Shown: positions 13,671 through 24,689, numbered from the stretch's first letter. The stretch is 57,294 bases of DNA from a virus (IMGVR_UViG_3300017748_000009:1-57294); one strand, 5' to 3'. Notes: generated by a model from the letters alone, not told the origin. Numbers and translations: made by a program.

Positions 13671-15983
13671 ATGGCAAAAATATCAACCTATGCAATTGAC
13701 TCTACCCCCTCTTTATCAGATAAAGTTATTGGGACAGACGTTGGAGATTCTAATATCACAAAGAATTATACGCTAGGTGATATTCATGGATTAATAACAA
13801 GTAATCTAACTAATTTATCAATCCCTATTTGGGATGATGCCAACACAGAGTTTGTTGACTCTGCTTTTGCGCAAGATAAATTCAGTTCACCAAAATATAT
13901 AACTTTTTCAACACTCCTATATCAACAAAACTTAGGTGGTTCTACTTACCTAGGAGATAACGCAGGAGCTGAAGATAATTTTGATGGAGAAGGTTCGGGT
14001 AACTTTAATGTAGGAATTGGATTCGAAACATTAGGTAAATTTACAACCGGTGCAAATCCTGTAAGTGGCGCAGCCTCAGCAGGGGAAAACGTAGCTTTAG
14101 GATACAGAGCATTAAAAAGCACAACTAAAGGGACAAACAATATTGCTATAGGGGCAGATTCATTAAATGCTAATACATTAGGATATAACAATGTTGCTAT
14201 CTCTAAAAACGCATTAGGCTCAGTAGTTAATTCTCAGCAGTCTTTAGCTACAAACGAATTTTCTATAGGTATAGGGTTTGCAGCAGGAAACCCATCTTCA
14301 AATCAAGTAAATACTTTAAGTGGTCATAGTGGGTCTACAATGGTTGGTCATCAAGCTATGGCTGATATTGTTTACGATACTGACGCCCCAAAACCTTCTA
14401 ACAATGTAGCTATAGGGTTAAGAACCTTTAGACAAACAGGAACAGCAACCCTTCCAAGTTATCTCTTTGATAATACAGCAATAGGTGCTTTTGCAGGATT
14501 TAGAGCTAGATTAGATACTAATGGTGGAGCAGCAACTCCTGAAAATTTTATTCTTAATGAAAATATTTTTATTGGAAAAAACGCAGGTTATGATATAAAG
14601 GCTGCTGCATTAGGTACGGCACCATCAGGTATGACTTTAGGAAAAATTTCTAATAACACTTTTATTGGAGGTACTTCAATTCCAAAGTATGTGGCTAGTG
14701 GTAATGTTATAATTGAAACAGGAGGAATAGGAAATACTCTAGGTGCTCAATCAGACATCACAGAGAATAACGCTGCAGCAACAAACCTTTTAATTACAGG
14801 AAATACTCAAGTAATTGGTAGTAGTAATATTATATTAAACCCTATTGTTGCAGAAGGGTCCGAATCCGGTATAAAAAATACTATTGGACAACAAGGAACA
14901 GGTAATGAGAACAATTTTTCTGCTCACAATATAATTTTATCTAACAGGTATCCCGGAGAATATGGAGGTGCTGATAGTAACAAACTTGGTCAAAATAACA
15001 AGATTACCATTACTAACGGTGGAGTTTTAGATAAGGCTAAACTAAGAAACAATCTTCTTATTGGTACTACAGGGGCTACTTTAAACGCAGATACAACTAA
15101 TAATTCTGACGGTGTACGAGATAATACTATTATTAATGGAGAAGATATAGATATACTTACTACTGATTCCGGATTGGGTCATGCTAATACAATTGTTAAT
15201 AGTAAGTTCTTGCAATTGTCAGGTTCTCGTAGCAATTTCATAGTTAACACTAGGGGTGCAAGTGCAACAGCTAAATTTAATCTTCTTACAGAAACTTCTA
15301 TAGGACAAAACTCAAGTGGTAATGTTTTATTTAATGCCTCAAATTATTTAGGTACCGTCAGGTCTGACGTTAGAGGTTCCTCGAACTTTGTAATGAATTC
15401 CGATACTGCTATAATGGTTGGTAATTTTAATACGGTATTAGGTGCAAAAGGAACAATTGCCGGAAACAATAATTTAATGCACGGTTCAAGTGGACAAAAA
15501 ATAACCGGGAATAACCATTTTATATTTGGTCAAAACAATGAAATTCTTGATACTGATGCAGGTACTTCAACTAGAGTAGGTGTAATTGGTTTTGACAACG
15601 TAGTAACAACAGGTACTAACGGAGTTAATAGTAATAACGCTTTTGTTGGTGGAGCAGGTAATGCTGTTTCCGCAGGTATAAATAGTTTTGTATTTGGTCA
15701 GGGTCTTGTAAGCACTAAAAGGAATTCAACTATTGTAGGTAAGTTCAACAAAGATGATGGTGAGACAGGTACGACATCATTATTTGAAGTAGGGTGTGGT
15801 GTTAACACCACCAACCGAAACAATGCATTAGCAGTAAAAGGCTCCTCAGCCGATACGGTTATATATATGGACCAATTGGTGGCTCAAAATTATATAAATG
15901 ATACAGCAGCAGGAGCAGCAGGTATTTTGTTAGGAGGATTATATCACACGGACGGAGTAGTAAAAATAAACACTACAGCGTAA
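13671..15983 (+). CDS. Tail fibre/receptor-binding protein (YadA-head-like beta-roll repeats)
   Basis: Repeated NVAIG/NIAIG/NTAIG units; G/N-rich. Confidence 0.8.
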   Translation: MAKISTYAIDSTPSLSDKVIGTDVGDSNITKNYTLGDIHGLITSNLTNLSIPIWDDANTEFVDSAFAQDKFSSPKYITFSTLLYQQNLGGSTYLGDNAGAEDNFDGEGSGNFNVGIGFETLGKFTTGANPVSGAASAGENVALGYRALKSTTKGTNNIAIGADSLNANTLGYNNVAISKNALGSVVNSQQSLATNEFSIGIGFAAGNPSSNQVNTLSGHSGSTMVGHQAMADIVYDTDAPKPSNNVAIGLRTFRQTGTATLPSYLFDNTAIGAFAGFRARLDTNGGAATPENFILNENIFIGKNAGYDIKAAALGTAPSGMTLGKISNNTFIGGTSIPKYVASGNVIIETGGIGNTLGAQSDITENNAAATNLLITGNTQVIGSSNIILNPIVAEGSESGIKNTIGQQGTGNENNFSAHNIILSNRYPGEYGGADSNKLGQNNKITITNGGVLDKAKLRNNLLIGTTGATLNADTTNNSDGVRDNTIINGEDIDILTTDSGLGHANTIVNSKFLQLSGSRSNFIVNTRGASATAKFNLLTETSIGQNSSGNVLFNASNYLGTVRSDVRGSSNFVMNSDTAIMVGNFNTVLGAKGTIAGNNNLMHGSSGQKITGNNHFIFGQNNEILDTDAGTSTRVGVIGFDNVVTTGTNGVNSNNAFVGGAGNAVSAGINSFVFGQGLVSTKRNSTIVGKFNKDDGETGTTSLFEVGCGVNTTNRNNALAVKGSSADTVIYMDQLVAQNYINDTAAGAAGILLGGLYHTDGVVKINTTA

Positions 15984-15998
15984 TTTAATTTAAATTAA

Positions 15999-16229
15999 AT
16001 GGACATACGAAAAATTTCAGTAGGTCCTGATTATAAGTCAGGGGGAATGCACTACCTAGTAGGGCAGGGAGTCCTAAATGGAGGCTATATAATTCATTTA
16101 ATTAAATACAGCTCCGAACAAGAAGCATATCAAATTTTTATATTAGACCAAAGTGAAGGTGAAGTTTTATTGTGGAAACAATTTAATTCTACCATGCCCA
16201 TTACGTTAGAGTTTAATATAAATTTTTAA
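15999..16229 (+). CDS. Hypothetical protein
   Basis: IRKISVG.DYK...MHYLVGQ. Confidence 0.75.
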   Translation: MDIRKISVGPDYKSGGMHYLVGQGVLNGGYIIHLIKYSSEQEAYQIFILDQSEGEVLLWKQFNSTMPITLEFNINF

Positions 16230-16231
16230 TA

Positions 16232-16414
16232 ATGTCAGAGGAAGAAAAAAAAGAGCTCATTAACAAAGCGCAAGTTTTGAAAATGAAAAAGGAAAAGATA
16301 GACGATTGGATGGAACAAATGTCTATTGCTGACGAGATTCACAATATTGAAATGAAATTAAATGGAGTCAAGCCGACTGATTCATATATTGATTGTATTG
16401 GTTGTGGCTCATAA
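16232..16414 (+). CDS. Small protein ending CIGCGS
   Basis: 60-aa ORF with a terminal CxxC. Confidence 0.7.
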   Translation: MSEEEKKELINKAQVLKMKKEKIDDWMEQMSIADEIHNIEMKLNGVKPTDSYIDCIGCGS

Positions 16415-16422
16415 ATTAAATT

Positions 16423-17004
16423 ATGAAATCACCAACTCAGTTTATAGTTAAACCCTTTGAGGGTAGGCGTTATAGTAACGTAAAAAAATTATCTGATTTA
16501 AATATAATACTAGATACTTCCGAAGAGTCCGCAGCTTTCTCTAATAGACAAGCTTTGGTTTTAGAAACACCCATAATGTATAATGGTCCTATTGAAAAGG
16601 GAGACCTTCTTTTAGTTCACCACAACGTATTTAAATTTTATAATGATATGTATGGTAGAAGGCAGAGTGGTAAAAGTTTTTTTAAGGACAACAAATTTTT
16701 TATTGACCAAGACCAATACTATATGTATAAAAAAAACAATTCTTGGAATACTGTAGAACCATACTGCTTTGTATCACCTATGCCTTCTACGGAAACATAT
16801 ATATATAAACCCTTTTCTTTTGAACCATTGATGGGTATTATGGAGTACCCTTCAGACTCTAATAAAAAAAATGGAATAAAAAAAGGAGATATTGTTACCT
16901 TTATGCCTGACTCAGAGTATGAGTTTAGATTTGAAAAAAAAGTTTTATATAGAATTAAATCAAAAAATATAGTAGCATATGAACCTCAAGGAAACAAAGC
17001 TTAA
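16423..17004 (+). CDS. Putative tandem GroES-like co-chaperonin
   Basis: Two repeats of the GroES pattern (FIVKP...A.V..P...I.KGD.LLV; CFVSP...G....GIKKGDIVTF...YRIKSKNIVA). Confidence 0.6.
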   Translation: MKSPTQFIVKPFEGRRYSNVKKLSDLNIILDTSEESAAFSNRQALVLETPIMYNGPIEKGDLLLVHHNVFKFYNDMYGRRQSGKSFFKDNKFFIDQDQYYMYKKNNSWNTVEPYCFVSPMPSTETYIYKPFSFEPLMGIMEYPSDSNKKNGIKKGDIVTFMPDSEYEFRFEKKVLYRIKSKNIVAYEPQGNKA

Positions 17005-17251
17005 GATAATCCAAGCCGGTTACAGGGCTGTCGAGCAACTAATAAAAGTAGCAAAAGAAGATATAATAAAATACAACGAAGAGGATGATTTAGCTGCAGA
17101 TAGATTAAAGAATGCAGCAGCTACCAAAAAACTTTGTATAATGGATGCTTTTGAAATACTTAACAAAATAGAGTCAGAAAAAGAAGCTATAGAAATGATA
17201 GGGCTAAAGCCAAGCACAAAACAAGGGTTTGCAGAAAGAAATTCAAAATGA
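16979..17251 (+). CDS. Putative terminase small subunit
   Basis: Small helical protein ATGA-coupled to the large terminase; call is positional. Confidence 0.5.
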   Translation: MNLKETKLKIIQAGYRAVEQLIKVAKEDIIKYNEEDDLAADRLKNAAATKKLCIMDAFEILNKIESEKEAIEMIGLKPSTKQGFAERNSK

Positions 17252-19470
17252 TAAAAGAAATTAAAGATTATATATCACCATCTGTTATTGCAAACAAAAA
17301 TAGAGCAAGGACTTGGTTATATGGATATAATCGAAAATATGATTTAGTTATAATTTCAAAGTCAGGACAAATTGGAAGTATAATAGAAATATCAAATATA
17401 AAAATAGCCCTTCCTAAAGCCTCTAAGGAAATTATAAAAAGACACGATAAAAAGCTAGAGCAATATTGGGAAAGAAAACAAACCCCCAAACAACTTCAAA
17501 ACATACGGTCTATATTTCAATGGAATGAAATGCCAAGAGAGTTTAAGTCTAGGTGGGTAGACTATATAGAAAAAGAATTTGAATATAGGGATGAAGGACA
17601 TTGGTTTTTTAATAATGGAAATCCAACATATATTACAGGTGCTCATTATATGTATTTACAATGGACTAAAATAGATGTAGGTTATCCTGATTACAGAGAA
17701 GCCAATAGAGCTTTTTTTATTTTTTGGGAGGCTTGTAAGGCAGACACAAGGTCTTATGGGATGTGTTATTTAAAAATAAGAAGGTCCGGATTTTCTTTTA
17801 TGGGCTCCTCAGAATGCGTTAACACAGGAACAATATCTAAAGATTCAAGAGTAGGTATATTGTCTAAGACAGGGGGTGATGCCAAAAAAATGTTTACTGA
17901 TAAAGTAGTTCCTATATCTAATAACTATCCGTTCTTTTTTAAACCTGTTCAAGACGGTATGGATAAACCTAAAACAGAACTAGCCTATAGAGTACCTGCA
18001 TCAAAAATCACAAAAAAAAATATGCATGAAATATTTGGTGATGACATGGAGGGATTAGACACCACTATTGATTGGAAGAATACGGATGATAACTCTTATG
18101 ATGGAGAAAAACTAATGTTATTAGTACACGATGAAAGTGGAAAATGGATTAAACCCAACAATATTTTAAACAATTGGGGAGTAACTAAAACCTGCCTACG
18201 ATTAGGTAGTAAGATTATAGGTAAATGTATGATGGGTTCTACATCTAACTCACTTGAAAAAGGGGGTAATAACTTTAAAAAACTTTACGAAAGTTCCGAT
18301 GTTACTAATAGAAACTCAAATGGTCAAACTAAAAGTGGGTTATATTCTCTTTTCATACCTATGGAGTGGAACATGGAGGGTTTTATTGACATATATGGAA
18401 TGCCTGTTTTGCATACACCAAAAGTAGAGTTAATGGGTGTAGATAGGGAATCTATTTATCAAAGCTCAATTGATTATTGGAATGGAGAAGTTGAATCACT
18501 TACTGATGATGCTGATACTTTAAATGAGTTCTATAGGCAATTCCCAAGGACAGAGGCTCATGCTTTCAGAGATGAAAGCAAATCATCAATATTTAACTTG
18601 AGTAAGATTTATCAACAAATTGATTTTAATGACGCAGTAATAAAAGAACATAATATAACTCAAGGAAAATTTATTTGGGAAAACGGAGTTAAGGATAGTA
18701 AGGTTATTTGGGTTCCTAGTAAAAAGGGAAGGTTTCATATATCTTGGCTACCTGCGTCACATATTCAAAACAATGTACATAAAAAAAATAACATAACTTA
18801 TCCGGGAAATGAACACTTAGGGGTATTCGGATGTGACTCTTATGATATTAGTGGTGTAGTTGGAGGTGGAGGTTCTAATGGTGCATTACATGGATTAACA
18901 AAGTTTTCAATGGACGATGCTCCGTCTAATGAGTTTTTTTTAGAATATATAGCACGACCACAAACTGCAGAAATATTTTTTGAAGATGTGTTAATGGCTT
19001 GTGTGTTTTATGGTATGCCCATACTAGTGGAGAATAATAAACCTCGTTTATTATATCACTTTAAAAATAGGGGTTATAGAAAGTTTTGTTTAAACCGTCC
19101 TGACAAGCACAGTTCAAAATTATCCAAGACGGAAAAAGAATTAGGTGGTATACCCAATTCAAGTGAGCAAGTTAAACAAGCTCATGCTGCAGCCATAGAA
19201 TCTTATATTGAAAAAAACATTGGATTTGATTTAGAAGAAGTATTTAGACCAAACGATGTTATAGGAACCATGCCGTTCAACAGAACACTATTGGATTGGG
19301 CTAAATTTGATATTAACAACAGAACCCGACATGATGCCTCTATTAGCTCAGGTTTAGCTATAATGGCTAATCAAAGGCACTTATACATACCTGAAAGAAA
19401 AGAGTCAAAAATAAATATTAACTTTGCAAGGTATAGTAACACGGGAACTAAAAGCGAAATAATTAGATGA
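17248..19470 (+). CDS. terL: Terminase large subunit
   Basis: KIRRSGFS (Walker A-like), LLVHDESGK (Walker B), GST coupling motif, GCDSYD and HDASIS nuclease residues. Confidence 0.9.
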   Translation: MIKEIKDYISPSVIANKNRARTWLYGYNRKYDLVIISKSGQIGSIIEISNIKIALPKASKEIIKRHDKKLEQYWERKQTPKQLQNIRSIFQWNEMPREFKSRWVDYIEKEFEYRDEGHWFFNNGNPTYITGAHYMYLQWTKIDVGYPDYREANRAFFIFWEACKADTRSYGMCYLKIRRSGFSFMGSSECVNTGTISKDSRVGILSKTGGDAKKMFTDKVVPISNNYPFFFKPVQDGMDKPKTELAYRVPASKITKKNMHEIFGDDMEGLDTTIDWKNTDDNSYDGEKLMLLVHDESGKWIKPNNILNNWGVTKTCLRLGSKIIGKCMMGSTSNSLEKGGNNFKKLYESSDVTNRNSNGQTKSGLYSLFIPMEWNMEGFIDIYGMPVLHTPKVELMGVDRESIYQSSIDYWNGEVESLTDDADTLNEFYRQFPRTEAHAFRDESKSSIFNLSKIYQQIDFNDAVIKEHNITQGKFIWENGVKDSKVIWVPSKKGRFHISWLPASHIQNNVHKKNNITYPGNEHLGVFGCDSYDISGVVGGGGSNGALHGLTKFSMDDAPSNEFFLEYIARPQTAEIFFEDVLMACVFYGMPILVENNKPRLLYHFKNRGYRKFCLNRPDKHSSKLSKTEKELGGIPNSSEQVKQAHAAAIESYIEKNIGFDLEEVFRPNDVIGTMPFNRTLLDWAKFDINNRTRHDASISSGLAIMANQRHLYIPERKESKININFARYSNTGTKSEIIR
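19419..19426 (+). promoter_or_regulatory. Possible -7 element TAACTTTG for portal
   Basis: TAnnTTTG 40 nt upstream of the portal ATG, inside terL. Confidence 0.45.
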
Positions 19471-21902
19471 AAAATGTAACAGTAGACATTAAATCTGCAT
19501 CTTTCCCCGACCAATTTGTATCTGATGCGGAAAAGGCAACTACAGAGTATGGATTAAAAGTTGGACAAGCAATACAATATGAATGGTTTAGAAGAGATGG
19601 AATGAGTTGTAGATTCTACAATCAGTTTCGTAATTTTCATAAACTTAAATTGTATGCAAGGGGTGAGCAGTCAATTAAGAAATACAAAAACGAGTTAGCT
19701 GTAGATGGTGACTTGTCATACCTAAACCTTGATTGGACTCCGGTTCCTATAATACCTAAGTTTGTGGATATTGTAGTGAACGGAATGTCTGATAGACTTT
19801 TTAAGGTGAATGCATATGCTCAAGATGCAATGTCTCAAGCTAAAAGAAGTAAATATCAGGATATGATAGAAGCCCAAATGGTTTCTAAAGAATTTCTAGG
19901 AAAAATAAAAGAACAAACTAGTGTAGACCCTTTTACTGTTTCTCCCGAAGAGCTTCCAAATACCGATGAGGAGCTATCTTTATATATGCAATTAAACTAT
20001 AAGCCATCTATTGAGATAGCAGAAGAAGAAGCTATTAACACAATGTTTGAAGAAAATCATTACATTGATTTAAGAAAAAGATTTGATTACGATTTAACAG
20101 TATTAGGGATAGGAGTAGCAAAGCACGAGTTCCTGCCCGGGTCAGGAGTTCAGGTAAGTTATGTTGACCCTGCTAATATAGTTTATAGCTATACGGAAGA
20201 CCCTCACTTTAAAGATTGTTTCTATTGGGGTGAAGTAAAAACTCTTCCAATGACTGAGTTAATAAAGATTGACCCTACATTAACTAAAGAGGATTTAGAA
20301 AAAATTAGTAAATACAGTCAAAATTGGTATGACTATTATAATGTAGCTCAGTTTTATGAGAATGATATGTTCTATAGAGATACTTGTACATTACTATACT
20401 TTAATTATAAGTCTACAAACAAAATAGTTTACAAGAAAAAAATAATGGAAACCGGTGGAAGTAAGGTTGTTGAAAAAGATGACCAATTTAACCCACCGCA
20501 GGAAGCTATGGATGAAGGACGTTTTGAGAAAATAGAGAAAACTATTGACGTTTGGTATGATGGAGTAATGGTTATGGGTACCAATATAATATTAAAGTGG
20601 GAAATGGCACAAAATATGGTACGACCTAAATCTGCTAGTCAACACGCACTACCCAACTATGTAGCTGTAGCCCCAAGAATGTATAAGGGAGTTATTGAGT
20701 CTTTAGTTAGGCGAATGATACCTTTTGCTGATTTGATTCAAATAACCCACCTGAAACTTCAACAAGTTATTTCTAGAGTTGTTCCTGATGGGGTGTTTAT
20801 AGATGCCGATGGATTAAACGAAGTGGATTTAGGAACAGGTAATGCGTATAATCCTGAAGATGCTTTGAGATTATACTTTCAGACCGGTTCTGTTATTGGT
20901 AGAAGCTATACTCAAGACGGTGACTTTAATCAAGCAAGAGTACCTATTAAAGAAATATCTACAGGTTCAGGGGCAAGTAAAACACAAATGTTAATTTCTA
21001 ATTATAATTATTATTTAAATATGATTAGAACTGTAACCGGATTAAATGAAGCTCGTGACGGAAGTTTACCTGACCCTAATTCTTTAGTTGGTCTTCAAAA
21101 ACTTGCATCCTTAAACTCAAATGTAGCTACACGACATATATTGGATGGTAGTTTATTTATATATAGAAGTCTTGCAGAAGCGTTAACTTATAGAGTTGCG
21201 GATGTATTGGAGTATGCTGACTTTAAAGATGATTTTGTAAATAAAATAGGAAAATATAATGTAAGTATACTAAATGATATATCAGATTTATATATATATG
21301 ACTTCGGTATATTTATTGAAGTTGCTCCTGATGAAGAACAAAAAGCACAACTTGAACAAAACATTCAAATGGCTTTATCAAAAGGAGATATTAACTTAGA
21401 AGATGCAATAGACATAAGGGAAATCAAAAACCTAAAACTTGCTAATCAGCTTTTAAAATTAAAGAGAAAACAAAAGCAAGAAAGAGAAGATACTATGGCT
21501 ATGCAAAAACAAGCTATGACTGCACAGCAGCAATTAAAGTCTCAAGAAATGGCTTCTCAAATGGCTATGCAAAAAATGCAATTAGAAGGGCAGCAAAAAA
21601 TGCAAATTAAACAAGCGGAGATAGCTTTTGAAATAGAGAAAATGAATAATGAAGCTCTATTGAAATCTAGATTAATGGCAGAAGAGTTTAATTACAATCA
21701 ACAACTGCGAGGTGTTTCAGAACAAGCTTTAGCGTTTAGAGAGGGAGAAAGAGATACGGCTAAAAAAGATAGAATATCTCAGCAAAACACTCAGCAGTCA
21801 AAATTAATAAACCAAAGAAAGAATAATCTTCCCCCTCAAAATTTTGAGTCTAATGAAGATAGTCTAGATGGTTTTGACTTAGCAGAATTTGACCCAAGAT
21901 AG
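19467..21902 (+). CDS. Portal protein
   Basis: 811 aa after terL; IIPKFVDIVV, TGLNEARDG and Q-rich C-terminal barrel. Confidence 0.85.
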   Translation: MKNVTVDIKSASFPDQFVSDAEKATTEYGLKVGQAIQYEWFRRDGMSCRFYNQFRNFHKLKLYARGEQSIKKYKNELAVDGDLSYLNLDWTPVPIIPKFVDIVVNGMSDRLFKVNAYAQDAMSQAKRSKYQDMIEAQMVSKEFLGKIKEQTSVDPFTVSPEELPNTDEELSLYMQLNYKPSIEIAEEEAINTMFEENHYIDLRKRFDYDLTVLGIGVAKHEFLPGSGVQVSYVDPANIVYSYTEDPHFKDCFYWGEVKTLPMTELIKIDPTLTKEDLEKISKYSQNWYDYYNVAQFYENDMFYRDTCTLLYFNYKSTNKIVYKKKIMETGGSKVVEKDDQFNPPQEAMDEGRFEKIEKTIDVWYDGVMVMGTNIILKWEMAQNMVRPKSASQHALPNYVAVAPRMYKGVIESLVRRMIPFADLIQITHLKLQQVISRVVPDGVFIDADGLNEVDLGTGNAYNPEDALRLYFQTGSVIGRSYTQDGDFNQARVPIKEISTGSGASKTQMLISNYNYYLNMIRTVTGLNEARDGSLPDPNSLVGLQKLASLNSNVATRHILDGSLFIYRSLAEALTYRVADVLEYADFKDDFVNKIGKYNVSILNDISDLYIYDFGIFIEVAPDEEQKAQLEQNIQMALSKGDINLEDAIDIREIKNLKLANQLLKLKRKQKQEREDTMAMQKQAMTAQQQLKSQEMASQMAMQKMQLEGQQKMQIKQAEIAFEIEKMNNEALLKSRLMAEEFNYNQQLRGVSEQALAFREGERDTAKKDRISQQNTQQSKLINQRKNNLPPQNFESNEDSLDGFDLAEFDPR

Positions 21903-21928
21903 TTGAAAAAACGCATAGAATAATTTAT

Positions 21929-21936
21929 TAACTTTG
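21929..21936 (+). promoter_or_regulatory. -7 element TAACTTTG
   Basis: Intergenic TAnnTTTG. Confidence 0.6.
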
Positions 21937-21952
21937 TATAAAATTAAATTAA

Positions 21953-23101
21953 ATGGATATAATAGTAAAAGACCTTGGGTCTGTTGAAGAAAAATCAGCA
22001 GCTCAAAAAGAAGAAGAGGTTCTAAATAAAGTTTCTGAAGTTAATGAAGCAGATGAAACGAAAGAACCCACCGTGGATAGTGTAGTTGATTCTACTCCAA
22101 CGGAACAAAGTAGTGAAGAGGCTCCGGTTGATACACTAAAAGAAAATATTAAAACTCCTGTTCCTGAGTTAAACGAGGAACAAGTTCTTGATTTTATCAA
22201 GAATAGATATGACAAAGATGTGTCATCGGTTGAAGACTTATTAGCAAAGAAAGAAGCTAATATGGAAATGCCGGAAGATGTAAGTGCATATCTAGAGTAT
22301 AGAAAAAAGACAGGTCGAGGATTTGAGGATTATGTTAAATTAAACAGAAACTTCAAAGAAATGGACGAAACGCAGCTTCTGCGAGAATATTATTCAGCAA
22401 CTGAAGAAGATTTAGATGCAGAAGATATTCAATACATGATGGAGGATTTTTCGTATGATAACGAACTAGACGAAGAGAATGTAGTAAAGAAAAAGAAGTT
22501 AGCGTTTAAAAAAGAGATTGGTAAAGCTCGAAAGTTTTTTGAGCAACAAAAAGAGATGTATAAGGAACCCCTTGAGTCAAGCACGGTTTCTGTCTCTAAT
22601 GAGCAAAAAGAACAGCTCGAAGCTTATGACCAATATGTTAAGGATGCTCAAACCTATGAAGAAGAAGCTAAAAGAAAACGAGAGTGGTTCTTGAAAAAGA
22701 CTGACGAGGTTTTCAACACAGAGTTCAAAGGTTTTGACTTTAAAGTTGGTGAAGACAAAGTATTAACTTTTCTACCTTCTAAGGATGTGGCAGAAATTAA
22801 GAATGGTAATTTAGACGTAAACTTTTTATATAAAGATTTTATGGATGAAAAAACAGGATTAATAAAAAACACATCAGGATACCATAGGGCAATATCCGTA
22901 GCACGAAATCCGGAAAGGTTTGCTAAGTTCTTTTATGAGCAAGGTAAATCGGATGCAACAGAAGACGTGGCAAAAAAAATAAAAAATGTCAATATGTCAT
23001 CGAGGAATACTCCTCAAGTTGTACAGAAAGATGGAATGCAAATTAAGGCTCTCAACCCAAGTGAAGGAAGAGGACTTAAAATTAGAAGTAATAAAAAGTA
23101 A
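21953..23101 (+). CDS. Putative capsid scaffolding protein
   Basis: Acidic helical protein between portal and capsid. Confidence 0.7.
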   Translation: MDIIVKDLGSVEEKSAAQKEEEVLNKVSEVNEADETKEPTVDSVVDSTPTEQSSEEAPVDTLKENIKTPVPELNEEQVLDFIKNRYDKDVSSVEDLLAKKEANMEMPEDVSAYLEYRKKTGRGFEDYVKLNRNFKEMDETQLLREYYSATEEDLDAEDIQYMMEDFSYDNELDEENVVKKKKLAFKKEIGKARKFFEQQKEMYKEPLESSTVSVSNEQKEQLEAYDQYVKDAQTYEEEAKRKREWFLKKTDEVFNTEFKGFDFKVGEDKVLTFLPSKDVAEIKNGNLDVNFLYKDFMDEKTGLIKNTSGYHRAISVARNPERFAKFFYEQGKSDATEDVAKKIKNVNMSSRNTPQVVQKDGMQIKALNPSEGRGLKIRSNKK

Positions 23102-23131
23102 AAAACAATTAAAAATTAAAAATTAGAAATT

Positions 23132-24616
23132 ATGGCAGGAAGTTTAGCAGCAACTCCCGGTTTCTCGTTGCAGCCAAGTGCACAACAAGTACCGTTGGAG
23201 TCAAACTATATTACCAACTTTGACTTTTTGAATCAGTATCTACCCGATACATATGAGAAAGAATTTGAAAGATATGGTAATAGAACTCTTTCATCATTTA
23301 TAAAAATGGTGGGGGCAGAAATGCCTTCTAACTCTGACCTTATCAAATGGGCAGAACAAGGAAGGTTACATATCAAATATACAAGCGTAACATCAGCAGG
23401 AGCAGCAGGTGCAACAACAGCTACGTTAACCGTTACTGATTCCCCAATTGGGACTAACCCGGCAGGTACAGTTACTACAGGTGCAAATCCTTACTCTGTT
23501 GATGCAGCAATTGCAATCAGAGTAGGACAAACAGTTGTAATATCTGACAATGCAGGTGGTGGCGAAAACAAAGCAGTTGTTACAAGCGTATCTACAGCAG
23601 CAGGTGGTAACGGTGTAGATTTTGATGTAGCATACTACGAATCAGCAGGACAAGTAACAGCAGGTCCATTCACCGTATTTATTTACGGTTCTGAATTCCA
23701 AAAAGGAACAGCAGGAATGCAAGGTTCTTTGGAATCTGATGACTATATCTTTGAAAACAACCCAATCATCCTAAAGGACACTTACTTGGTAAATGGTTCT
23801 GACATGGCTCAAATTGGTTGGATTGAAATTTCAACAGAAGATGGTGGTTCAGGTTACCTATGGTATTTAAAATCAGAGCATGAAACAAGGTTAAGATTTG
23901 ATGATTACCTAGAAACATCTATGATTGAAGCAGTACCGGCAGAAAACCCTGTAGGTGGTGTACAGTCAGGAGCTTCAGCAGCAGGACTAATTGGTTCTGA
24001 AGGTGTATTCCACGCAGTCGGAACACGAGGAAACTTGTGGGGCGGTGGAAACCCTGATGCATTAGAAGACTTTGATGCAGTTATTGATAGATTAGACAAG
24101 CAAGGTGCAATTGAAGAAAACGTAATATTTGTCAACAGACAATTCGGTTTCGATATTGACGATATGTTAGCAGCTCAGAACTCTTATGGAGCAGGTGGTA
24201 CATCTTACGGATTGTTTGACAATGACGAAGAGATGGCACTTAACTTAGGTTTCACAGGATTCCGTAGAGGTTATGACTTCTACAAGTCTGATTGGAAATA
24301 CCTAAATGACCCAACTATGAGAGGTGGTTTAACTACCAACCCTATTGTTGTAGGTTCAGGTGCTATTACAGGTTTATTAGTACCGGCAGGTTCTACTAGT
24401 GTTTATGACCAAGTTATGGGTAAAAATGCTAAGAGACCATTCTTGCACGTTAGATATAGAGCTTCAGAAACTGAAGACAGACGTTACAAGACTTGGATTA
24501 CAGGTTCTGCAGGTGGTGCAGCCACTACAGACATTGATGAGATGAGAGTTAATTTCTTATCTGAAAGATGTGTTTGTGTAATGGGTGCAAACAACTTTGT
24601 ACTATTCGAAGAGTAG
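23132..24616 (+). CDS. Major capsid protein
   Basis: 494 aa, position after scaffold, followed by a strong terminator. Confidence 0.8.
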   Translation: MAGSLAATPGFSLQPSAQQVPLESNYITNFDFLNQYLPDTYEKEFERYGNRTLSSFIKMVGAEMPSNSDLIKWAEQGRLHIKYTSVTSAGAAGATTATLTVTDSPIGTNPAGTVTTGANPYSVDAAIAIRVGQTVVISDNAGGGENKAVVTSVSTAAGGNGVDFDVAYYESAGQVTAGPFTVFIYGSEFQKGTAGMQGSLESDDYIFENNPIILKDTYLVNGSDMAQIGWIEISTEDGGSGYLWYLKSEHETRLRFDDYLETSMIEAVPAENPVGGVQSGASAAGLIGSEGVFHAVGTRGNLWGGGNPDALEDFDAVIDRLDKQGAIEENVIFVNRQFGFDIDDMLAAQNSYGAGGTSYGLFDNDEEMALNLGFTGFRRGYDFYKSDWKYLNDPTMRGGLTTNPIVVGSGAITGLLVPAGSTSVYDQVMGKNAKRPFLHVRYRASETEDRRYKTWITGSAGGAATTDIDEMRVNFLSERCVCVMGANNFVLFEE

Positions 24617-24634
24617 TATAAACAATAATGATAA

Positions 24635-24666
24635 GGGTACCTTCGGGTACCCCTATCTTTTTTTTA
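24635..24666 (+). terminator. Intrinsic terminator
   Basis: GGGTACC-TTCG-GGTACCC followed by a T run. Confidence 0.85.
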
Positions 24667-24689
24667 TAATATAATTAAATTTTAATCTA

